Part shown: one piece after another, positions 8,541-18,147 of the stretch | How the letters are laid out: the number at the start of each line of letters is the position of its first letter | Position numbering within the stretch: position 1 is the stretch's first letter | Virus record (IMG/VR): IMGVR_UViG_3300033072_000723 | Span: 6,259 to 70,258 of that record | Direction: 5' to 3' (one strand) | DNA from: a virus | Lineage: Duplodnaviria > Caudoviricetes | DNA length: 64,000 bases | Translations under genes and position numbers: made by a program | Notes under the pieces: generated by a model | The model's input: the letters and a program-made list of their open reading frames with translations, nothing else | What the model was told of the DNA's origin: nothing | The model's database searches: none

Positions 8541-9969
8541 TAACGGACTGTGGCTAGTTCCCAGCTATAAGCGGCCACAGCGTCTTCAGAAGCTGCTGTC
8601 GTCCATTATCGAGCACGGGACCAAAACCAAGGGTCTCGTGCTCCTTAGCTCGGACGACGAGCACGACTACGCCGGGCTTTCGGTCCCGGACGGCTGGGGC
8701 GTGGTCAAGCTCCATGAAGGGACCGAGGGCCGCAATGCGATCCTGAACCAGTACTTCACGGACTTCCCGAACCACTCCTGGTACGGGCTGCTGGAAGACG
8801 ACATGATCGTCCGGACGCCGGACTGGGACACGAAGCTGGTTGAGGGCTGCCCGTCCTACGGGTTCTCCACGGCCAACGACAAGTGGCTGGCCCCGAACCG
8901 GGCGCGAGGCGCAAAGGTTCTGGACGGCGATTTGGTCCGGGCCATGGGCGGCCTCGCTCCGGCAGGCGCCAAGCACTCGTTCCTGCACGAGATGCACGAG
9001 GATATCGGTGCGAACTTCAAGTGCTGGAACTATCTGCCGGAAGTAGTGGTCGAGGAGGAGCATGCCAACAACGGCAAGGCTCCGGCCGACGACGGCTACA
9101 AGCGCACGGCGGCGTGGCTGCAGGAAGACCAGGAAGCCTTTAACCGGCACAACAACGAGCGTCGGCTGGACATCTTCAAGGTCATTGGCGAGAAGACCGG
9201 CAAGATCGTCCGTATCGCCAAGTTCGACGGCCTGCACATCGCGATCGCGACCCCGTGCCACGGCAACAAGGTCGAGATCAATTACCTGCATTCCGTTGTG
9301 GCGATGACCCACATGCTGCGCAGCCATAATGCGCAGTTCTCGCTGCTGACCGTGCCAAACGAGGCCCTGGTGATGCGCTCGCGCAATCACCTTGTCTGGC
9401 AGTTCATGCAGACGGACTGCACGCATTTGTTCTTTGCTGACAGCGACATGGGCTGGAAGGCCGGCACGATCCTGCGGCTTCTGAGCCACGGCAAGGATGT
9501 GGTCGCCGGCATCGGGCGCCGCAAGCAGGAGGGCCCGCCCAGCTACTGCGCCAATCTGGTTGAGCCAGTCCATGTGGACAAGGAGACCGGGCTGATCAAG
9601 GCGATCCATGTGGGCGGCGCGTGCCTGCTTCTGTCGCGCGCCTGCATCGAGAAGATGCTGGCGGCCTACGACCAGCTGAAGTATCTGGACGTTCAGGCCA
9701 ATCGATACGAAACGGCGCTGTTCGACACGGAAATCCGGGACGGCAAGTTCTGGTCCGAGGACTACACATTCTGCCGTCGCTGGCGCGATATCGGCGGTGA
9801 CGTGTGGATCGACCCGGAGATTTACCTGGAGCACGTAGGCTTCACGTCCTGGAACGGCAGCATGGCGGACGACCTGTTCCGCCGGCCATCGGCCCAGCCG
9901 GCCCAGGCCGCGTTGCCGGCGCCGAAGGAAGCCGCGTCCGATATTACGTGGCAGGCGGCGGCTGACTAG
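8521..9969 (+). CDS. Two-domain GT-A glycosyltransferase
   Basis: Domain 1: LVPSYKRP..YGLLEDDM; domain 2: IAIATPCHG..SRNHLV..LFFADSDMGW..GGACLLLSR..SEDYTFC; ATG at 8521. Confidence 0.8.
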   Translation: MELSRLDNGLWLVPSYKRPQRLQKLLSSIIEHGTKTKGLVLLSSDDEHDYAGLSVPDGWGVVKLHEGTEGRNAILNQYFTDFPNHSWYGLLEDDMIVRTPDWDTKLVEGCPSYGFSTANDKWLAPNRARGAKVLDGDLVRAMGGLAPAGAKHSFLHEMHEDIGANFKCWNYLPEVVVEEEHANNGKAPADDGYKRTAAWLQEDQEAFNRHNNERRLDIFKVIGEKTGKIVRIAKFDGLHIAIATPCHGNKVEINYLHSVVAMTHMLRSHNAQFSLLTVPNEALVMRSRNHLVWQFMQTDCTHLFFADSDMGWKAGTILRLLSHGKDVVAGIGRRKQEGPPSYCANLVEPVHVDKETGLIKAIHVGGACLLLSRACIEKMLAAYDQLKYLDVQANRYETALFDTEIRDGKFWSEDYTFCRRWRDIGGDVWIDPEIYLEHVGFTSWNGSMADDLFRRPSAQPAQAALPAPKEAASDITWQAAAD

Positions 9970-9978
9970 GAGACTGCG

Positions 9979-10308
9979 ATGAACCCGGTACGGATCACCA
10001 AGGGAACGACGACCGGAGCCAGCACGGCGATTTTCGTGCCGGATCGGTTTGTGACGCCGACGAACATCTCGGCGTACCTGGTTGTGTCCGGCGCCGGCAA
10101 CTGGAGCCTGGAACAGACGCCGGACGATGTGACCGGATCGTCCACGTTCGTGGCTGCTTCCGCCACATGGATCAGGGCGGAGATGTCGGGTTTGACCGGC
10201 AACTCGTCCGCAATGATCACGCGCTGCCCGATGGGCATGCGGCTATTCATGGACTCGGGGACTGGAACGGCGACGCTTACGCTGATCCAGGTGGGCCCGG
10301 GTCGATGA
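9979..10308 (+). CDS. Hypothetical structural protein
   Basis: 109 aa, RBS GGAG, in the late operon. Confidence 0.65.
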   Translation: MNPVRITKGTTTGASTAIFVPDRFVTPTNISAYLVVSGAGNWSLEQTPDDVTGSSTFVAASATWIRAEMSGLTGNSSAMITRCPMGMRLFMDSGTGTATLTLIQVGPGR

Positions 10309-10315
10309 GGCCGAA

Positions 10316-13219
10316 ATGCCCGCGCGCTGGAGAGTAAAGCCGGTAGCTGGCGGCGCCGCGACACCGCCCGTTACCGACATCACGCTTTCCGCGTCCACGA
10401 TTGCTGACAACGCGACAGCCGGCACGGCCGTCGGGACGCTGTCGAACAATCTTGGTATTTCAGTTTCCTGGTCTATCACCGACAACACGAAGTTCCAGTT
10501 GTCGTCCTCTACGGGCGTGACGGTCGAACTTCAGCGCAGCGGGACTGGAACCCTGACTGCCGGCGTGGGTGAGACCGTCACCATCCGGGCGACCCGGAGC
10601 GGCGCCGCGCCTTACGACGAACCGTTTTCGGTTAGTGTTACTGCCGCCGGGACCTTACTAGCTACCATCGTCCTGACGAACACCAGCGGATCGACTATTG
10701 CTGCCGGCACGGTGGTCCCGATGTTCGGCCACCCGTTCAAGCAGGGCGACATTACTTCGGGCACATATCCTGTGTTCGAGGACGCATCGGACGATTCCAA
10801 CTGCCCCTATACCTATTGGTCAAAGCGAACGTGGTCCGATGGATCATGGAAGCGCGCCGGCTTCATGTTCCGTCTGCCGAACAGCATCGCTGGCAGCGGA
10901 ACGAAGACCATCAACGTCCGCAGCGGCGGCTCCGCTCCGGCGTCATCGGCGCTGTCGTCCTCGGACATCACGGCGCGGGATTTTACGATTAACCTGACGG
11001 GCATCGACAATCTGTCGGGAGTGTGGACCAGCAGCGTCAACCAGGGCATCACGGACAACGACGGCGTTGCGTTGCTGGGAAGTGGCCCGGCCGGGATTCT
11101 GTATCGTGTTCGCCAAGGGTTCATGCAGTCGGGTGCTGATCATGGACAGTTGATCTGCGACCACTACGTCGCGGCCCTTCAGAACGCATCGAACGGCGTA
11201 GGCGGGTTTCGTCATCTCGGCCGCGTCTATCAGCCCTACTACGACGTGGACAGCCCCGCAAAAATCAAGCGGGATTTTTCGTGGACCGTGAAGGACGGGT
11301 CCACGACCATCGCGACACCCGTCCCAGCCGCCCCAAAGACATTCACGGCAGCCGGCGGCGGCAGCGCAAATATGACCATGACCGGGCACGGGCTGCAATC
11401 GAGCATCGCCGGGCGGCTGTCTACAACTGGGACGTTGCCGACGGGGCTGAGCAGCAGCACGACCTACTACATCTACCCGGTCGATGCGGACACAGTGCGG
11501 TTCTGTCCCACGGCGAACGAAGCCATCTCCGGGACAAATGCCGTTACAGCCTCCAGCACAGGCACCGGAACTCAGACATTTACACCCCATACGGAAACTG
11601 TGTTTTTTGCTTCGGTCTACAGCGCCGACAGCGCGGGGAAGTTCCAGTTCATCCAGGGCGGCGGGTCGTTCTCGGCAGAAGCGCCGATTACCTTCGCGTT
11701 CGACAAGACGTACTGGAAGGCGACAAAGTTGCTGCCGACATACGACCTGACCGTTACGCCGACGACGCCAGCCTCGGTCACGTATTTCCCGAATACCAGA
11801 GGAAACCTGCGCGACTCTTGGGGCGGCACGGGGCAAGACGACACGATTGGCATTCAGCCACAGTGGGTTGCCCAGCACTTCCTTGGACAGACTGAGGCCG
11901 CCATGAGCCGTGTGCGCGTGAACGCTCTCGCGCTTGGCAATGTGCCGCTGGGGTTCAAAAGTTCCAGCACCGGAACCATTCCAGTTATTACGGCAGCTAG
12001 CGGCACGCCCTATACGGGCATGGGTACGGCGTCGAGTTCGCTGCGCTGGAGCCAGGCTAATTCGGCGGGGTTCACCGCTCCCACGGGCGACGTGGCCGGC
12101 ATCTACACCGGAACCGGGTCCGGCGATCACTGGTGCGGGGCTGTCTATTACGCCGCCCTTTCTACGGGCGAGCCGCAATACGACGACCTGCTGGTGGAAG
12201 TCGGCAACTATCTGACGCTGTGCCGCTACACCGGCGCGGAGTCCGGCGTCGGGCCGCGCAATAACACGACGACAACCGGCGGCCCGTATTACGGCATCTG
12301 CTTCGGAGAAACTAGCGGCTCCGGCGCGCGTGACGATGCGTGGTCTCTGCGCGAGCTTGGCTGCGCGGCAGCAATCATTCCCGACGCCCCTTGGGAAAAG
12401 GCTGCGCTCTACAGCTACATCACCGGGATGTTCACACAGAACATGACAGCCCTTGCGGCGATCAACGCAGATCGGGACGCGTTCTGGAACGACAACGGCC
12501 TCTACTACTTCATGGAGTACGTCAACGCCTCGCCGTGGCAGACGACCTATCTCTACGCAACATACGCGATGCTGAACGGCATGACGGACGGCGGCTGTGC
12601 GACGCAGCTTGGCCATGTGATGAAGTTCCCGGCGTCTGTACACAGCAATATTGGCATCTTCCATCTCACAGGCTACCGGCACAACATGCGCGCCCCGGGC
12701 GGCGACTTGATCACATCCATGGATCAAATCGGCTACTGCCCCGGGGGCGGCTGGTTTGTTACGTACAACACGGGGACGGACCTGTTTACGGCCAACATAG
12801 CCGGGAAGCCGCAGACCTATACAGCGGACGACAGGTTTTGCTTTACGCTTGCGGCCCCGACGGGGGCGTCCGTGTTTACCCAATACTATATGGTCAACGT
12901 GACAGACCCGGGGTCTACGTCCAACAAGACATTCAACATCTCGGCCACGGCCGGGGGCTCCATCCTTGATATCTCTGGCTCTGGGGGCGGCGAGGAAGGC
13001 ATCCGGATGGCAGTTATTCCGTCTGGGGCGTATGGCCTCGATTACCCCACAGGGTTCAGTTACTGCCTCATGCTCTGCGCCGCGCTTCGCATGGCCGAAG
13101 CAAATGGCGTTACGACGGCATCGACCGCGCGTGGAGTGCTGGATGGCTACGTTTCCAACCTGACGCTCTACACCCCGGCCGACGCGCCGATGTGGGCGCT
13201 GACTACGGAGTATGAGTGA
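10316..13219 (+). CDS. Large fibre/spike-like protein, possible carbohydrate-active domain
   Basis: 967 aa S/T/G-rich; cadherin-like N-terminus, aromatic-rich central and C-terminal region. Confidence 0.55.
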   Translation: MPARWRVKPVAGGAATPPVTDITLSASTIADNATAGTAVGTLSNNLGISVSWSITDNTKFQLSSSTGVTVELQRSGTGTLTAGVGETVTIRATRSGAAPYDEPFSVSVTAAGTLLATIVLTNTSGSTIAAGTVVPMFGHPFKQGDITSGTYPVFEDASDDSNCPYTYWSKRTWSDGSWKRAGFMFRLPNSIAGSGTKTINVRSGGSAPASSALSSSDITARDFTINLTGIDNLSGVWTSSVNQGITDNDGVALLGSGPAGILYRVRQGFMQSGADHGQLICDHYVAALQNASNGVGGFRHLGRVYQPYYDVDSPAKIKRDFSWTVKDGSTTIATPVPAAPKTFTAAGGGSANMTMTGHGLQSSIAGRLSTTGTLPTGLSSSTTYYIYPVDADTVRFCPTANEAISGTNAVTASSTGTGTQTFTPHTETVFFASVYSADSAGKFQFIQGGGSFSAEAPITFAFDKTYWKATKLLPTYDLTVTPTTPASVTYFPNTRGNLRDSWGGTGQDDTIGIQPQWVAQHFLGQTEAAMSRVRVNALALGNVPLGFKSSSTGTIPVITAASGTPYTGMGTASSSLRWSQANSAGFTAPTGDVAGIYTGTGSGDHWCGAVYYAALSTGEPQYDDLLVEVGNYLTLCRYTGAESGVGPRNNTTTTGGPYYGICFGETSGSGARDDAWSLRELGCAAAIIPDAPWEKAALYSYITGMFTQNMTALAAINADRDAFWNDNGLYYFMEYVNASPWQTTYLYATYAMLNGMTDGGCATQLGHVMKFPASVHSNIGIFHLTGYRHNMRAPGGDLITSMDQIGYCPGGGWFVTYNTGTDLFTANIAGKPQTYTADDRFCFTLAAPTGASVFTQYYMVNVTDPGSTSNKTFNISATAGGSILDISGSGGGEEGIRMAVIPSGAYGLDYPTGFSYCLMLCAALRMAEANGVTTASTARGVLDGYVSNLTLYTPADAPMWALTTEYE

Positions 13220-13620
13220 TGATGCAATTGAACTGGAACATGGACCTAAACGCGGTTGATTTCCGGGCACACCCGCGCCGCAGCGAAGACGTGCGTGGGA
13301 ATCTGTTTTTTGTAGACGTGGAATTTCCCAAAGCCGGGGTTCCTCTTTTCCCGCATACGCATCCATACGACCATGTGACCAGGGCCGTCGTCGGGCGCAT
13401 TGCCGTTTTGTGCGGAGACGTTGTCAATATTTTGGATGCTTCTGATCCGTTCCGTAGATCGTGCGTTGTGCCGAATGGCGTAGTCCATTCGGCTATAGCC
13501 CTGGAAGATGGTGCGTTCCTGACCTGCACGCATATTCTTCGGCGTGACGATGGAACAATTTTCCCGTTTGAGTACAGGCTGACGACGCCTGAGCTTATGG
13601 CCGCCACGGGGAGGGCGTAA
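13216..13620 (+). CDS. Cupin-fold protein
   Basis: PHTHPYDHVT..G and VPNGVVHSAIALEDG cupin motifs. Confidence 0.7.
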   Translation: MMMQLNWNMDLNAVDFRAHPRRSEDVRGNLFFVDVEFPKAGVPLFPHTHPYDHVTRAVVGRIAVLCGDVVNILDASDPFRRSCVVPNGVVHSAIALEDGAFLTCTHILRRDDGTIFPFEYRLTTPELMAATGRA

Positions 13621-14753
13621 TGGCTCTGCAATCTGTTAAAGGATTTGTGGCTTGGCCCGGCGCTAGCCCGTTTGGCATTGCTGCTTACAACGGGTTCAAT
13701 GCGCCGACGAATTTGGCCCTGACCGTTAGCGGCAATAAAACCGGATTTATGATTACGCCACCAACTGCTCAGGGAAATCTATCCGTTACGGATGTGGCGT
13801 TTTACGTGGCCGATGCCACGACTCCCGGAAGCGGAAGCTTGCGCATTGAAACTGTCGGCGCGGATGGCAATCCATCGGGCTCGCTGGTTTCCGCCAGTGC
13901 AAGCGTTGTTCTTAGCGTGACCGCCACTGGAGTGAAGACGGCCACCCTGGCTGGCGCAACATCCCTGACGGCGGCCACGCCATACGCCGTTGTGTTGAGC
14001 TGGTCGTCTGGCAATTGGGGGGCCGGCGTGTTTGTGATGAACGCTGGCGGTCGCGGCGGATTGCTTGGAACCCAAATCTCTTGGGTCAGAACACAGAGCG
14101 GCGGCACATGGACAAATGGCGGAGCGGATTACACCCCGTACCTGACCCTCAAGCTCAGTGGCGGCACTTATGCTCTTTTGCCGAATACGTTTGGTTCGTC
14201 AGGCGTAAATAAAACGACGTTTAATAACACGACCAGCGTCCGTAAACGCGGGTCTGCTTTTACACCAAGATTTTCCGGGACGGTTTCTGGCTGGGAGATG
14301 TGGGGCGGCGGCGTCGCTGCTTCTGATTTTACTATTGAACTGCGCACGACGGGTGGAACGCTGCTTGCCTCATGGTCCGCCGACAAGGACTACGGCAATT
14401 ATTATAATGCCAGCACCAATTACGGCAGTTTTGTGCGCGGCTATTTTGGCGCAACAGTGGACGTAACGGCTGGAACGACTTATGACCTGCTGCTCGTTCC
14501 TGGGTCGGCGACAAATATGACGGTGGTTACTGCAAGCATTATGACTGCTGACGCAAATAGCATCCAGGCGCTGCCTGGGCAGGCCGACAATGTTCAGGTC
14601 GAGATCGACAGCGGTTCCGTTCGGACCACGGACGCGACCAAGTGGCCGTTGATGAATTTGCTGTTCTCGCATCTGGACGACGGCGCCGGGTCGGGTGGCG
14701 GCGGCGGTGGATTGACGTATCTTGCCGGCATGACCGGCGGTATGACCGGCTAG
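13620..14753 (+). CDS. Tail fibre/spike domain protein
   Basis: G/S/T-rich beta protein; visibly more T/A-ending codons than its neighbours. Confidence 0.55.
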   Translation: MALQSVKGFVAWPGASPFGIAAYNGFNAPTNLALTVSGNKTGFMITPPTAQGNLSVTDVAFYVADATTPGSGSLRIETVGADGNPSGSLVSASASVVLSVTATGVKTATLAGATSLTAATPYAVVLSWSSGNWGAGVFVMNAGGRGGLLGTQISWVRTQSGGTWTNGGADYTPYLTLKLSGGTYALLPNTFGSSGVNKTTFNNTTSVRKRGSAFTPRFSGTVSGWEMWGGGVAASDFTIELRTTGGTLLASWSADKDYGNYYNASTNYGSFVRGYFGATVDVTAGTTYDLLLVPGSATNMTVVTASIMTADANSIQALPGQADNVQVEIDSGSVRTTDATKWPLMNLLFSHLDDGAGSGGGGGGLTYLAGMTGGMTG

Positions 14754-14763
14754 GAGACGAGCA

Positions 14764-16257
14764 ATGGCCAAGCTATCTTTTGCCAAGGACTCCACCGGAA
14801 AATCCGTCGATGTGTTTTTCCGGAACACGTCCGTCACCAGCAGCGTCAGCGGGCTTGCCGGCCTGACCTCCGGGTCGCTGACCTGCTACTACCATCGCCC
14901 AGGGGCCGTGCCAGTACAGCTGACGCTGACCAGCCTGGCGTCGGTGACGAGTACACATCTGACCGGCGGCTTTATCGAAGTGAACTCGTCCACTTATCGC
15001 GGGTTCTATCGCCTGGACCTGGCCAACACGATGCTGGTCACGGGCGCCGACTGGGTTACGGTCTCGATGTCGGGTGCCGCGAATGCCGACCAGGTGCCGA
15101 TGGAGATTGAGCTTCTGGACCCGGTCAGCACGTCGGGCGGTTATGTCTGGTCCGATATCCGACAGGTGTCTGGCACCAATATCGGAGCCCCCGCCACAGC
15201 CGGGTATCTGCCCGTCACGCTCAAGGTCGGCACCGGCACAGGCGAGGTCAGCCTGACCTCTGGTCGCGCTGCGGCGGATGTCCTGTACATCAACAACGCA
15301 GCTGTCTCTGCCAGTCTGTCCCAGGTTGGCGTGAACGTGGTCAGCTGGTCCGGTACGAACGCCACGGCCATGTCGGCTGGCCGGATTATTGTCAGCGTCG
15401 GCGAGTACCAGTCTGGCTTGACCCCGCTTCAGCCGACAGTTGCAGGCCGCACACTGGACGTGACGGCCGGCGGTGAGGCGGGCATCGACTGGGCGAATAT
15501 CGGGTCGCCCACGACGGTCGTTAACCTTTCCGGCACGACCATCAAGACCGCCACGGACGTGGAGGCCGATACCCAGGACATCCAGGCCAGGCTGCCGGCT
15601 GCCCTGTCGGCTGGCCGCATCATCGCCAGCGTCGGCGAGTACCAGTCCGGGCTGGCCCCCCTTCAGCCGACTACCGCTAGCCGCACCCTGGATGTCACGG
15701 CCACGGGTGCCGCCGGCATCGACTGGGGCAATGTCGAAAACCAGGGCACTGTGGTCAACCTGTCCGAAACCAGCATTAGCTCGGTTTCGACGGGGGTTGC
15801 TGGGCCTACATCTGGCCAGATCGCCACACAAGTCTGGGCGACGGTGGTCTCCGGCAACACGACCGCCGGCTCGTTCGGGGAGCGCGTGGACCGTGTCCCC
15901 AACGTGGCGGCCGGGGCTTCCGGGGGGCTGCCGCTGGTGGACGCGTCTGGCGCGGTCAAGCTGTCCAACGGCACCGGGGCAAACCAAATCCTGCTGTCGT
16001 CCGGTCAGGTCACGGCGATTAGCGGGGTCGCGCCGACATCTGGCGAGGTCGCCACACAGGTCTGGGCGACCATCATCGAAGGCAGCTTTACGGCGATCGC
16101 GAGCATGAAGCTTCAGAACGCCGCGCTGGCGGGTAAGGTCAGCGGCCAGCAGAACCTGGCGCCGATTTTCCGCGATCTGTCCGATACGGTGGACCGGATC
16201 ACAGCGACCACCACACTGTCTGGCAACCGCACGGCGATCACCTACTCGGGGCTGTAG
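14764..16257 (+). CDS. Tail/fibre-associated protein with internal repeats
   Basis: Two copies of SAGRII.SVGEYQSGL.PLQPT...RTLDVTA.G.AGIDW.N and two of PTSG..ATQVWAT. Confidence 0.65.
   Translation: MAKLSFAKDSTGKSVDVFFRNTSVTSSVSGLAGLTSGSLTCYYHRPGAVPVQLTLTSLASVTSTHLTGGFIEVNSSTYRGFYRLDLANTMLVTGADWVTVSMSGAANADQVPMEIELLDPVSTSGGYVWSDIRQVSGTNIGAPATAGYLPVTLKVGTGTGEVSLTSGRAAADVLYINNAAVSASLSQVGVNVVSWSGTNATAMSAGRIIVSVGEYQSGLTPLQPTVAGRTLDVTAGGEAGIDWANIGSPTTVVNLSGTTIKTATDVEADTQDIQARLPAALSAGRIIASVGEYQSGLAPLQPTTASRTLDVTATGAAGIDWGNVENQGTVVNLSETSISSVSTGVAGPTSGQIATQVWATVVSGNTTAGSFGERVDRVPNVAAGASGGLPLVDASGAVKLSNGTGANQILLSSGQVTAISGVAPTSGEVATQVWATIIEGSFTAIASMKLQNAALAGKVSGQQNLAPIFRDLSDTVDRITATTTLSGNRTAITYSGL
15371..15670 (+). 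repeat. Intragenic duplication, units about 234 bp apart
   Basis: tgtcggctggccg...gtcggcgagtaccagtc...cttcagccgac starts at 15371 and 15605. Confidence 0.8.
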
Positions 16258-16259
16258 CC

Positions 16260-17387
16260 ATGACGATGAACGGGGCCTCTTACTGGGGCCCAAGCTACTT
16301 CGGCAACTATTTCGGCGTCGGGTCGGCAAACTCCAGCCCGACGACCGGAGCGACTGCGACCGGCGACGCGTTCTTCAATATCAAGATCGCGGAGCTGATC
16401 GTGGATGCGTACCAGCGCATCCAGTTCGCCGAGGAAAAGCTAAACGCCATGCACATGGCTACGGCACGGCGCAGCATCAACCTGCTCTACTCCATGTGGT
16501 CTAACAGGAACCTGAACCTGTGGACGGTCGAGCAGGACTTCCTGGACCTGGTCACGAACCAGTTCAACTACTCCCTGCCCGTGGATACCGTGGACGTGAT
16601 CCAATGCACGCTGCGCACGTTCACGCGCCCGACCGGCACTTACTACTCCGTGACCGGCGGTACGGTAGCCAACGCCTTCGACGGCAACCTGGCCACCACC
16701 TGCACCCAGTCCGTGGCGGATGGTTATATCGCCGTGGACTACGGGGATAACAACGACCAGCAGATTTCCATGGTCGGCATCTATTCCTACAACGAGCAGG
16801 AATACGATCTGCAGTTCGACTACAGCGACGACGGCGTGACCTGGACCACGGTGGCCGATATCGGGCCGTTCGAGTACCCGGCACAGACCGGCCAGTGGTT
16901 CGTGATCACCGCCCCCGTGTCCGCTCAGTGGTTCCGGGTCAAGGAAAAGGGCGGCGCCACGATGAACCTGGCCGAAGCCTACTTCGTGACCCAGCCGGTG
17001 GACACGGCGCTTGGGCGCATCAGCCGGTCCAACCAGTTCAACGTCGGCCAGAAGTTCAACCCGGGGCGGCCGTCCGCCTACATGGTTAACCGCCTGCGGG
17101 AACCGACGCTTACCCTTTACCCGCCGCCGGTTAGCCAGTATATGTTGCTGGTCTACGCCCGCATCAAGCACATGGCGAGCGTGGACGCGTCAGTGGAAAC
17201 GCTGACCATTCCCGTCCGGTTCTACGAGCCGATGGTGTCTGGTCTGGCCGCGAAGCTGGCACGCAAGTTCCGCCCCGAAGTGGCGCAGGAGCTGGCGGCA
17301 GAAGCAGAGATTGCTTTCAACATTGCCGCAGCCGAGGACAGGGACCGTGCTCCGCTGTCCATCCTGCCAGATATGTCGGGGATGTGA
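16260..17387 (+). CDS. Head-tail adaptor-like protein with inserted discoidin (F5/8)-like domain
   Basis: ARRSINLLYSMWSNRNLNLWT start and IPVRFYEPMVSGLA end flank ANAFDG..YIAVDYG..YSDDGVTWTTV. Confidence 0.65.
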   Translation: MTMNGASYWGPSYFGNYFGVGSANSSPTTGATATGDAFFNIKIAELIVDAYQRIQFAEEKLNAMHMATARRSINLLYSMWSNRNLNLWTVEQDFLDLVTNQFNYSLPVDTVDVIQCTLRTFTRPTGTYYSVTGGTVANAFDGNLATTCTQSVADGYIAVDYGDNNDQQISMVGIYSYNEQEYDLQFDYSDDGVTWTTVADIGPFEYPAQTGQWFVITAPVSAQWFRVKEKGGATMNLAEAYFVTQPVDTALGRISRSNQFNVGQKFNPGRPSAYMVNRLREPTLTLYPPPVSQYMLLVYARIKHMASVDASVETLTIPVRFYEPMVSGLAAKLARKFRPEVAQELAAEAEIAFNIAAAEDRDRAPLSILPDMSGM

Positions 17388-17389
17388 GC

Positions 17390-17680
17390 ATGGCCATCCA
17401 TCGTTGGAAACCCGATCCAGACAATCCGGTTGCAGCCGCCCGCTGCGACCAGACGGACTTTGTCGTCGGCAACAACCAGCTGGTCAAGCAGATGCAGTAC
17501 CAGGGGACTGCCCTGCAGTGGAACGGTCTGTGGGTGGCCAAGCAGTACGCCGACAAGCCCAACCCCAGCGCCATGACGCCTGTCCTGAAGGCAGACCCGA
17601 AGCCCTTGCGCAATCCACGCCCGCAGATGGCGGACGACATCATCGCCGGGCAGTGGACCTATCCGAGTACGTCGTCATGA
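17390..17680 (+). CDS. Hypothetical protein
   Basis: AARCDQTDF...DPKPLRNPRP; lies in the tail operon. Confidence 0.65.
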   Translation: MAIHRWKPDPDNPVAAARCDQTDFVVGNNQLVKQMQYQGTALQWNGLWVAKQYADKPNPSAMTPVLKADPKPLRNPRPQMADDIIAGQWTYPSTSS

Positions 17681-17844
17681 CCACCAGCGTGCTCGCCGTA
17701 CCGCCGTATCCGTCGGTAGATTCTCCGCCTGTAATCCAGGTATTTGAGGATCGCGCCGAGGCAATCCGCATGGCGGAGCGGCTGAGCGAGCGCGGCTGGG
17801 ACGTTTACCTGGGAGAGCGGAAGGATGAAAAACGCACGCATTAA
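17677..17844 (+). CDS. Hypothetical protein
   Basis: ATGA overlap with the previous gene; 55 aa. Confidence 0.45.
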   Translation: MTTSVLAVPPYPSVDSPPVIQVFEDRAEAIRMAERLSERGWDVYLGERKDEKRTH

Positions 17845-17989
17845 CCGGGACAAGGTCTCTACGGTCATGCGCGAGTTCAAGCGCGGCGACTTGAACTCCG
17901 GCAGCAGCAAGGGACCGAAGGTGACGAACCCCAAGCAGGCAATCGCGATCGCGCTCAGCGAAGCGCGCAAGGCAGCAGGAGGCAAGTGA
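17825..17989 (+). CDS. Small basic protein, DUF6496-like
   Basis: KVSTVMREFKRGDLNSGSSKGPKVTNPKQAIAIALSEAR; not in the ORF track (54 aa). Confidence 0.7.
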   Translation: MKNARINRDKVSTVMREFKRGDLNSGSSKGPKVTNPKQAIAIALSEARKAAGGK

Positions 17990-18144
17990 TGGGAGAGGTT
18001 GTCGAGTTCAAGCGCCCCGATAACAGGCCGCCACTGAGCGCATACGCAAGGCTCATGCTGGACAGGCGGATCGAGGAGATTAACGCGACAAGGCCCATCA
18101 CGACATGGATCAAGGGCACGAAGAAAGACGACGGCGCAGCGTGA
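17989..18144 (+). CDS. Hypothetical protein
   Basis: TGATG coupling; MGEVVEFKRPD..., 51 aa. Confidence 0.5.
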   Translation: MGEVVEFKRPDNRPPLSAYARLMLDRRIEEINATRPITTWIKGTKKDDGAA

Positions 18145-18147
18145 CCA

